Origin: Chrysochromulina tobinii
Taxonomy: Eukaryota
Reading direction: 5' to 3'
DNA: 36,115 bases
Assembly (NCBI GenBank): GCA_001275005.1
Contig: JWZX01003096.1
Coordinates: 1 to 36,115 of the forward strand
Shown in pieces: positions 11,660 to 20,982 of the stretch; the stretch's first letter is position 1; each line of letters starts with the position of its first letter. The notes beneath the pieces are model-generated. The model was given only the letters and a program-made list of their open reading frames with translations. It was not told the DNA's origin and did not search any database. The translations under genes and the position numbers were made by a program.

Positions 11660-11678
11660 CTACAGTACAGTACAGTAC
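11660..11678. repeat. (TACAG)n microsatellite
   Basis: tacagtacagtacagtac read directly. Confidence 0.8.
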
Positions 11679-11933
11679 GAGTAGACGCAACCTACGGTTT
11701 CAAAAAGAAAGGAATGCTGGGATACATAGAAGGGAAGCAGAGGAGCCTGGGGGGGAGATGGAAGTCAAGTTAAAACAGGACCACAGTACAGCGGCGCTCC
11801 GGCCGGCGCTCCGTGCAATTAAATGCGAGCGCGTCCCCGGGAGGGCGCGCACATGTGTGAATGAATGTTTTCACGGTTTGATCGGTGTTGTTTTTAACAC
11901 ACGGCTCTGCACACACAGAAGAATATGACCGTT

Positions 11934-12024
11934 ACTTGACTGACTTTTGACTTCAGTAGCTTAAGCCTTCAAGTCAAGTCTACAACTCTACATGAAGTCA
12001 AGTCAAGTCAAGTCAAGTCAAGTC
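11934..12024. repeat. Fold-back GACTT/AAGTC pentamer repeat element containing (AAGTC)6
   Basis: AAGTC x6 at 11995-12024 and x2 at 11971-11980; degenerate GACTT copies at 11934-11953 in the opposite orientation. Confidence 0.8.
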
Positions 12025-12590
12025 TTGAAGCCACGGGGTAATCTCCAAAAGATCCAGTAGGGGTGCACCCGAATAATTCATATACGAACCCAGCTCAGAA
12101 CTCAGAACTCAATGGCCCTCCCACTTCCGTACCGGTTTATACCCGGAGCGGGTGACTTACTGACACCTGACTGGAACCTGAATGGTGCATGTGGATGTGC
12201 TGCCGTTAATGCGCGTACGGCTGCTGTAGTTGGGTCCTGGGCCACAGGCTAGTACACAGCTCCTGTACCTGTCTACCTGTTTTGACCACGCTTATAGGGG
12301 CATGGGGGTGTAAGATATAAGTGACTCGTTGACGGGTCCGCTGAGCGAACCTCACGCGTCAACCTGAGTCGAGTGTAGGCCGTGTAGCCGAGAGGCGAGA
12401 GCGCTCGGTTTCGACGGCATCGCGCTAGAACGTACTACATTCTCATGTACACCGGGGCTGTCACTTTACGCCTCCGGACCGCCCAGCTCCGTTCCGTTCC
12501 GTCACATGGTACTAGCGGACCTAATGGCCCACGCGTGAGCCGGACGTGTGTTGGCCCCTGTGGACTGCTAAATGCACACTACTCTCATCT

Positions 12591-12661
12591 GCTCTATGCT
12601 GCTCTATGCTGCTCTATGCTGCTCGTCCTATAACGTGCACCCAAAGACCCAAAGACCCAAA
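12591..12661. repeat. Short tandem repeats (GCTCTATGCT)x3 and (CCCAAAGA)x2.7
   Basis: Read directly from the sequence. Confidence 0.85.
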
Positions 12662-12908
12662 TGTAGTCTGTCGAGTAGTCTGTAGTAGAATACTCGACTG
12701 GCGCGTGGGCCAGGCCGCTCCTGTACCGCGGGGAGTCTCTCAGCCGGACAGGTCACGCACCGCACGCACAAGACTTTATGGTAGAGAATACGCCCGCAGT
12801 TGGCAGCGTAGGCTGCTCGACAGCGGTACGCAAATCACGATCCTCATTGCGACCAAGAGTTGCCACAATCTCTAGGTCGCCCTAGATGTAGTATGAACTC
12901 GAACGTGC

Positions 12909-15900
12909 TCAGAAATCACCTCCGCGGGCTTCCCGTGTGCAGTTTCCGATACGCCGCACGAGCTCTATCTTCTCTCTCTCCTCAGGCACGTAGCTCTCGA
13001 GTACATAGTCTCCATTCACATAGCCTCCTGCTGGAGAGAGCACATAGTCCGCCGCCAAAATCTCGTCAAAGTCGGGAAAGCCCAGCGTCTCCCAGCCAGC
13101 GTAGCGATCGCGAAAGGTAGTGAAGAACGAGCTGGTGATGTTGCAATCAGCGGTGTTGGTCGCTTCCTCAACGGACGCGGCGTAGGCCCCAATCAGAATT
13201 GGCGAGGTCGAAATAGCAATCTCGGGCGGTACGTAGTACCATGATGATTGGACGGTGAGCGGTTCCGACACGATGGCGACAACCTTGGTGCCATTGAGGT
13301 CGCATCGTTCGATGATGCGGCCGGGCACGGTCGATCGGCACGGGAAGGCAGAGAAGATCTGAAAGAGCACGACAGTAAGGAAGAAGCGCCACTTTTTCAT
13401 GAGCTTGGCGCGGAGGACCGAATAGTTGAGACCCGACAGAGAGAGCTCCTCTTGCATCGCCGCCATCTCTTCCTCCTTGAAATCAAAGTGCGATTGGACC
13501 TTTTCGTCCATGTTGCCTCCTTGCATCCCTTGGACGCGCAGCTTGCGCATGGCGATGATCTTGGCGGCGATTTGTGAGGTTCCGTGCATCGTATTCTTGC
13601 CTAGGAGAGTGCTTCGCATCTTTGCACGCAGCCATACGCGCGCAATCCACGAAGCAGCTGGCTTGATGCAGAGGAGCACAGCGAAACGCGCCCACACATT
13701 GCGCAGCTCGCAGGGACGCACCTGAGAGACGAGAGCGAGAGCGAGAGCGCGAGAGAGCAAGCAAGGGCTGGGGTCGCTGGAAAAAAAGGATGAGAGCAAG
13801 GGGGCCCTGGACGGGTTCTGGACGGGCCGGCGCGGCGTACAAGGATAGTGGAGCCCTCGAGAGAGTAGAATCCTTGGCGCCAGATCATGACTGTCACGAC
13901 CGTCGGCACGATCAGCAAGGCACACACGTCGGCGAGGTCAAACTGCCAGCCGATGCGCGCGAGGTACTGCAACCGGATCAACGGGTCTTGGTTCGGGTCA
14001 AAGTTCTTAAGCTTGTCCTTCGTCTTCTTCCCCGTGAGGAAATTGAAGATGCGATTCCCCAATCCGCATCTCGCGACCAGGACCTCGGTGGTGCCGGAGT
14101 TGCGCAAGACGATGTTGATCTGCAGGAGGAGAAAGGGAGGGCCGAGGATCAGTTGTGGAGAGGACAAGGACGTGAGCGAGGTGGGTGGAATCGAGAGGAG
14201 AGGGCTCGACACCTGGAGCACGATCTGCTGCAAGACCCACGAAATGGTGAGAGGTGTGTCCATTGATCTCAGCGTGAAGAAGGAATAGAGGAAGACGAAG
14301 TCAAAGAACTGGAACGGGAAGAGGAGATGTGCACAAGCATTGGGCGTGGCGACCAGCTCAAGAGAGAGCTTTCCGAAACTGGTGACCATGATGAAGATGC
14401 TGAGGTGTATGATCATCGTGAGCAGTGGTACGAAGGTCTGGACGAGCGTGCCCTTCCCTTTGGGCACTGGATAGAGGCCACTGCTACTGCTACTGCTACT
14501 GCTGTTGAAGTCGTCACTGCTCATGTTAAAGTGGCCATTGCTCATGTTAAAGTGGCCACTGCTCGTGTCGGCCACGTGAAGCCATGCAGACGTCACCTCA
14601 GCCACGTGGCCAACACCAGCCTCGATTTCGGTGAACGCAAGGGTCAAGTAATACTCAACGAATATGTCAATCAACGCCGCCTTGAGGGCCACGCGATAGA
14701 GCACGATGATAAAGAACATGCCGTGTGCAATGGAGAAGCGCGGCCGGTTCTCTAGCCGGAGGTCGCGCACGCAGATGACTATCGAGGGCACAATGAAGAG
14801 GATCGAGTACAAGTGCCACATCTCTTCGATTTGCGCCCAATAGATCAGGTGCTCCACGACCGTGTTTGCGACGAGGTCGAACAAGGACGCCGCAAAGATT
14901 GGCCAGCTGAAAAAGAGCAGCCGTCGCCTCCGCTCTGCGAGCTCAGCACGCATACGCCGGCGAGCTTTTCGTTGCCGAAACTTACGCTGCAGCCGCGTCG
15001 CGGCTTCTAGATCCATCCAGGCAGTCTCTCCCACACCCGAGGCCTCAACCCTCGGGCGAAACCTCACTGTGAAGTGGACAGTACCCTCGGGGGAGAGTGC
15101 CTGCTTGAACTCATGGCTCTGGTTCCCGTCAAGGACGTTGAGAGCGACGACACACTCGCCGAGCTTGTCGTCCGTTGAGTTGAGCATGTCGCGCATCGAA
15201 CCGAAATCCTTATCCATGACGATCAGCGAGAGCTTCCCACTGAGCATGAGCTCCTCGCTCATGCGCTCGCTGATCACGATGGACTCTTCCCACAGAGGCG
15301 TGACCGTCTTCTCCTTGACACCCGAACGGACTTCCTTTAAGATCACTTGATCGAAGATGCTGAACTTGAAGACAACGTACGGATCACTCTTGCCGTTCAT
15401 GTCCTTGGCCTTCAGTCCACTCGCCGAGTGCAGATTGACTGAAAGCTGGCCGAGCTGGCTGAGCAGGCTGCCGGCGTCCAAGGGCTGAAGGAGGGACAAG
15501 TCTGATGGTGATGGTGCGACGCGGGCACGGTAATCCATGTCGCCCCTCTCATGGTATGATCTTATTATTGATGGCGCGCCTGGAGTCGCTGTGCCACCGG
15601 CTAGGGCTGCCCAACTGCCCGCGGCACCTTGCGGCGGCACTATAGTCTTGCCATTGAACTTGGTGGCCACAACCTTGAACTGTGTGAGCGGCATCTGCTC
15701 TTGGCCCCACGCAGGCCGTTGCACCAAAACGTTGCTCCAACCAGCAGCGCCAGGCGAGGGTGGCGACGGCGGGATGCTGACAGGAGGCGGCGGAAAGATT
15801 CCGGCTCCATGCGATAGTGCATCTGAGGGTGATACTTTCAAGGCAAGCGCGTCCTGCCGCGATGGTGATGGTGCGACGCGGGAACGGGAACCAGCACCGC

Positions 15901-18261
15901 GTGACACCTTTGTGCTGGTTGCCGTTCCCGCGTCGCACCCCTGCATCGTGTTGCTCCTCCGCGTCGTACCAGGCGAACGTTTTTCTTCGGCTGCAACGCT
16001 GGCGGCATGAGCGAGGCCACTAGCCCGCCCGCGGCGGTACCGCAACAAGAACACCCCCAAGGGAAGTGCAATATAGATGATGAGCTTGCCGAGGATGTCA
16101 ACTGCGAGGATGTTGCTCACCCTTGAGACACCTTCAAACACGCCCCACCAGTTGCTGACAAGATGTAGAGCTGTGAGAATGAAGGGCGTCGTGAACTGGG
16201 TAGCGCGGATCAGTCGGACGATGATCGCCTCGCCCCTGTCATTGTTTGTGTGGTTAAAGTTGAAAGAGATTGCAAGGGCGCTTGTATCGCGAAGCGGCAC
16301 CCACTGCAATGCATCATGACGCAAACCAGAAGGGAGGTTATCGCGGGGGGGGGGGAGGAATCACGCGCACAGCGGGCTTGGGAGAGGAGACAGGCCGCAC
16401 CGAGATATGCACGAAGCATGCATTCCACACCAGGTTGGCAAGTGCTTCGAAGGCCAAGTTACTCGCATACGCCATAGGAATCAGGATGAGGACGACGACC
16501 GGACCTCCGAGCCAGACGGAGAAAATGCGCCCCGCTAGAAGGCCTGTGCGCCTTGCAAGCCTCTGTCCTGCCTGATCAGTCTCCTGTGTCATCTTGTGCA
16601 TGGCAGCGTTCAGTTTCCTTTCCGCCCTTTGCTGCGCCTTCACCTCGGCAGCTGCGCGAAATGCTTGCTCCTTAGCGAGCTTACCTGAGTTCTTCGCCAT
16701 CTCAGCAGAGCTCGTCGCAATCTTCGCTGAGTTCTTCGTGAGTTCCATAGCGCCGCCTGCCGCCATCCGCACCGAGTCTCCCGTCAAGTTCACGACGCCG
16801 GCCATGGCGTTGGCGAGGATTTTGCCCTGTATCACATCGTTGAACGTCACATCCCTCATAGCGTTCACAGCGCCCATCGCGCCGCCCTTGAGTAGCGCCC
16901 CGCCGTCTCCCAAAGCGCCTAGCGCCCCGGTCGTTACACCCAACGTAGCGCCCAACGCCTCGTCCTTGAGGTTCGTGACGTTTCGTAGACCACCGGCCAG
17001 CTGGTTCTGGAGATTCTGCTCCACCGACATCGATCTTCGCTTCACCTCCATGGCCTCTGCGAACGTCGCCAGGTCGCTTGGCTCATGCGGTACCAGCTGG
17101 AAGTAAATCGGGTCGCCCCCGAAGATCTCGTACACGAGCGCGCCATGCTCGATCATGGAGGCAGTCGCATCCTCGTCCAGCCAATGGCCGTCGAACGCCT
17201 CGTCCGCGTGTAGCCACCCGAACGCGGCGAACCCAGCGTCTTGCAACATACCGACCGTGACCGGTACGACTCGTCCGGCTTGCCGCATGCCGTGCAGGGC
17301 GTCACGAGAGGGAGCAAAGGGCCCGTCAAAGTGCATCTGGTAGTCGGACGCCACGAACGTGAGCGCATTCGCCTGGATTAGCTTGTCAGACTCATCGAAG
17401 AAGAGGAAGCCGCCCACGAGCAGCAAGAAGGCCCATTTCTCGTCCGCGAGGTTGAGAGACTCGAGCCTCTTCTCCCAGACTGTTGAACACGAGCGCCGAC
17501 AGATCGACAGGAGCGTCCATCTCTTTCGGACTTTCAGAGTTGCCTCGGAAGTTCATAGGTAAAATGGGAGACATAGGCAAGATGGGCTTGAGATGGCCCA
17601 AGTTTCCGGGCAGGCTCCTGAACGGGACGACGGGAGGGAGGGAGCCTCGCCTACTTTTCGAGACGCTCCCTGAGCCACTTTGGGCTGCTTGTGCTTCCTG
17701 TGCTTCCTGTGCCTGTGCCTCTTGGTCAGGGCTATCAAGCTGCCACATGAGTGGACCAACACAACGGAAGCCGAGCGATTCGTAGAAGGAGGCCGGGAAG
17801 CAATCCACAGCCGCAGGCTCATTTTGACCGATCGGTGAGGATGCCGATAATGCCGGAAGACTTGGCGGCGATATGGGGACGGCCACTTCGAGACGCTTCG
17901 ATTCGGGCGTTGAGATGGCGTACATGGCCGGGTAGGCGAACGCGAACGATGCGGCCTGGTTGGGCATGGCCGCAGCCTCACGCGTCTCCAGAGGCACAGT
18001 GATCGCATGTTTTGGCGAGACACGGCCGCGTACGTGTAGCGTTTTCCCTTTTCCAATGCCGCACGCTGCCTCCAGCATGTTCCACTGCCTTGTTGGGCCG
18101 GTCACCAAGTAGTACTCCTCCGCAACGGACAGCTCAAGAGGAACTTGAGGTTGCAGCGTCAGCGACATGGCGTGTTCAGCCAAGTTTTCTTCCTCCTCCG
18201 GGCTTCTTCTTTTTCTCCGCTCCTTGCTTCTTTCTCCGGAAGAGAAAAGACCAGCGAGCAT
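12909..18261 (-). CDS. Multi-exon, multi-pass membrane protein (~1680 aa) with a C2 domain and an IQ-like motif; exons about 18261-16401 (one frame break near 17475), 16303-14213, 14119-13841 and 13721-12909
   Basis: Three GT-AG introns give clean in-frame joins: VHIS|WVPL, IVLQ|INIV and STIL|VRPC. C2 motif LHSASGLKAKDMNGKSDPYVVF...TPLWEE...MDKDFG...DDKLG at ~15060-15450. IQ-like AATRLQRKFRQRKARRR at ~14955-15005. Many hydrophobic segments on both sides of the C2 domain. Confidence 0.8.
13722..13840 (-). other. Spliceosomal intron, 119 nt
   Basis: CTT|GTACGC donor, (CTCGCT)n pyrimidine tract, TCTCAG|GTG acceptor; removal joins two ORFs in frame. Confidence 0.9.
14120..14212 (-). other. Spliceosomal intron, 93 nt, in frame and stop-free
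   Basis: CAG|GTGTCG donor, strongly pyrimidine-rich body, CTGCAG|ATC acceptor. Confidence 0.85.
16304..16400 (-). other. Spliceosomal intron, 97 nt
   Basis: TCG|GTGCGG donor, C-rich body, TTGCAG|TGG acceptor; restores the frame between the 362-aa and 907-aa ORFs. Confidence 0.85.
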
Positions 18262-18573
18262 GCTGCCTCAGCGATCCTGGGACGAGCCACTCTCACGGAT
18301 GGCGGTGAAACCCGTCGCGCCAAGGAATCCGCCGCGGCGGACCGAGAAAGCACCAGTCCGAATCGCCGAAGACCGTGCGTGCCAACTGCACAGGAAAAAA
18401 GTCACCGAACTGTGTACATGTTCAGTAGTAATCCGACTGTACATGTACCGGGTACTGCGTGGGGCGTTGAAAGCACCGCGTCGCGTCGGGCGTTCAAGGT
18501 GAGCCTTCATGTCGTTTCGAGTGTCAAGTTCTGACTTTGGAGGCAACCTTCCCGATTTGCCGAGGGGCCCTGC

Positions 18574-20589
18574 ATGTCGTGGGTGCGCTGCGTATCGTGC
18601 TTCCTGCCACCGCCTCACGTCGAGGGCCTCCTCAAGAACGGAGACCGCGTGCGCGTCCATGGACAGAAGATCCTGCACTTCAAGTCAGCACGCAGTGTCC
18701 TGCTCGCTGACCGCGCGGCTGTGGGCTGGCCCACACGCACGACTCTGAAGGGCATCACGGGACTGGCTGGCGAGACGATCGATCTCGCAACAATGGCCGA
18801 CCCGCCCGTCCCAGGCGTTCAGGTGATCAACGTGCCTGCACTGGAGGAGGAGGAGGAGCATGCCGACCTCATCTTTGGCGATCAGATCTACAACATCGAC
18901 ATCTGGTATTCGGTGGCCCTGGAGGCTTCGCAGCGGCGTTGCTTCAAGTGCTGGATCCGCGTGGTGGCCCAGGAGGACGCGGAGCGCAAAGCGTGGAAGT
19001 CGAGCATGTCGAACGTTTTCACGCGTCGAGCGAAGGCCGAGGAGGCGGTCACCGGCCTCGAGCCGGTGCGGCGCGGTAAATCGGGTCGACGGGGCGGATA
19101 CGACTATGACGGCGGGAGCGGCCGCGACGACCGCATACAGCAGCTCTCGTCGTCGGGAGAGGACCTCTCGGGCTGGGACGGAACTGGGCCACCTCCGCCA
19201 GGCAGCGCGTACAAGTACAGCGGCGGCGACCACAGGACCGGCCTGCATAACCAGCTCGTGTGGAATCCGGTCATGATGACGTGGGAGGACGTTCCAGTGG
19301 ACCCCGAAAGCGCTTGGCGCGCGCTACGCTCGTGGAGGCTCTTTCGCATCTGGCGGCTGCGCGCCGAGGAGCGCAAGCGGCGGCAGGAGGTCGCCCGCAA
19401 GGCCGTTAAATTCATGACCATGAAAGGAGACGACCGACTGAAGCTGCGCGGTTTGCAGGCATTCGCGAGCCGTTCGCCCTTCTGGGATCCCAAGTTGTCG
19501 AGCCCTGCGGTCATTTACTCCCCCGACCGCTTCTGGTGTGAGTCGACCGTGCACCAGGAGCGCGAGGGCGCGCACGGCTGGCCTCTCATCAAGGCGGAAA
19601 GCAAGAGCGTCTACCGCTTCGGATTTCGAATCGCTGGCAGCGGCGGCGGGATGGTGGTGGGCGTCTCTGATGCTTCTCATCCTGACGAGCCCCTCGAAGT
19701 GGCGTCCGCTTGGGGTCTGCACCTGACGCACGGCGCGCTGTTCACGAAGCACAATGACCGGAGCCAGCGCGGCACCCTCTCCACGAAGACGCTTCTCACC
19801 GATGTCTTCGAGTACGATGATGAGAAAGGCGAGCCGGTCGATAACGTGGTCGACCTAACGGTCGAGGTAGACTACACACACGCCACCGGAGGTCGACTCT
19901 CATTCGGGGTCGCGGGGGGGCCACTCATCGAAGCCCCCGTGGTCTTGCCCAGCTGTGTACGACCGTGGGCCTACCTGTGGAACGACTTCGACTCGGTCGC
20001 CCTTGATGGGCGTCTACAGGTCAGCCGGCACCGGGCGCTCAAGGATTCACCGAGATCCCCACCCAAAGATCCGTCAGCACCGGGACCACTGCCGCTGCGG
20101 CTGCGCCATAAGCCGCCGCCCTTCAGCCACACGAGCGCCGAGAGCCTCGAACGCACGCTCAGCGGCCTCGCCGCTGGACCCAAAGTCGGTTACATGCCCT
20201 CTTGGCTCCTCTCCTACCGATCCGACAGCGGCAGTGGCAGCGGCACAGCGACCGATGGCGGCGTCACGCCAAAGCGCAGTGCATCGGCGTCGCGCCGGAA
20301 GCGGCACGGCCTCCACGCGCGCATCCACGTTGAGGAGAGCACCAGCCCCAGCAAGCGATGGGTCTCGCCGCGCCAGGCGCGCCGTTCCCCAACGCCCAAG
20401 TCTCACAGCGCAGATGAAGATCATCCCCGTAAGGAGCCGCTGCGCTCGCCAGGGAGGGCGTCGCCGCGCTCGGCGTCGATGCTCTCGCCGCGCTCGTCGC
20501 GCGGACGTGGGCCTGTGCACATGTGGGACATGGTCCGTCATGTCACGAACATGTACATGGACCTGCCCATGCAGCTCAAGCAGCAGTAG
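18574..20589 (+). CDS. Protein of 671 aa with a SPRY/B30.2-like beta-sandwich region (~19600-20005) and a Ser/Pro/Arg-rich tail
   Basis: Long ORF with the pattern YRFGFRI..GGMVVGVSDA..AWGLH..G.LF...VEVDY....LSFGV.G......LP..VRPWAYLW...DSV, typical of SPRY domains. An alternative start is MADPP at ~18793. Confidence 0.7.
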   Translation: MSWVRCVSCFLPPPHVEGLLKNGDRVRVHGQKILHFKSARSVLLADRAAVGWPTRTTLKGITGLAGETIDLATMADPPVPGVQVINVPALEEEEEHADLIFGDQIYNIDIWYSVALEASQRRCFKCWIRVVAQEDAERKAWKSSMSNVFTRRAKAEEAVTGLEPVRRGKSGRRGGYDYDGGSGRDDRIQQLSSSGEDLSGWDGTGPPPPGSAYKYSGGDHRTGLHNQLVWNPVMMTWEDVPVDPESAWRALRSWRLFRIWRLRAEERKRRQEVARKAVKFMTMKGDDRLKLRGLQAFASRSPFWDPKLSSPAVIYSPDRFWCESTVHQEREGAHGWPLIKAESKSVYRFGFRIAGSGGGMVVGVSDASHPDEPLEVASAWGLHLTHGALFTKHNDRSQRGTLSTKTLLTDVFEYDDEKGEPVDNVVDLTVEVDYTHATGGRLSFGVAGGPLIEAPVVLPSCVRPWAYLWNDFDSVALDGRLQVSRHRALKDSPRSPPKDPSAPGPLPLRLRHKPPPFSHTSAESLERTLSGLAAGPKVGYMPSWLLSYRSDSGSGSGTATDGGVTPKRSASASRRKRHGLHARIHVEESTSPSKRWVSPRQARRSPTPKSHSADEDHPRKEPLRSPGRASPRSASMLSPRSSRGRGPVHMWDMVRHVTNMYMDLPMQLKQQ

Positions 20590-20982
20590 GATGCCCAATA
20601 CGCGGTCCAGTGCCACACCGCCCGGCCCGAGTAGGGCCAGGACTTTATTATGACGTATATGATGACTCCTTTCGGGTTGTGACAGTGCGGCACGGGCTAC
20701 TGTACGGCTGTTGAGAAAAGGACTCGCTTTCCCCCGATTCTCCGTCCCGCACACCGCTCGGTCCGTGGTCCGACCCCGCCGCGCGGCCCGGCGCGCCGGG
20801 CGGCCCGGCCGGCGGTCGCCCGCAACCGAGAACCGTACAGGCGCGCCTAAGTGAAACGTTTAGACGTTTCGAAATCGCGCCGCTTTTCGCCCGCGTATAC
20901 GGAAGGGCTACACGTTCGAATAGTGACCGACGAAGCTCGAAGGGGCCGCTTTACGCGGTTTCGCGTGTTACTACAACAGTAA

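Noticed and set aside
12341..12415. Hammerhead ribozyme
   Set aside because: CTGAGCGA does not fit the CUGANGA core, and no correctly placed GAAA was found.
12870..12911. Selenocysteine read-through of the TGA stop, prompted by hairpins further downstream
   Set aside because: Read-through adds only 8 codons with no redox motif, and the hairpins do not show a recognisable SECIS core.
13601..13925. Apparent overlap of two separate genes (907-aa and 338-aa ORFs)
   Set aside because: It is explained by the 119-nt intron at 13722-13840 within a single gene.
14480..14562. Poly-Ser tract and 21-nt duplication (GHFNMS x2) as a possible intron or element
   Set aside because: It is in frame with no splice signals, so it is an ordinary low-complexity coding loop.
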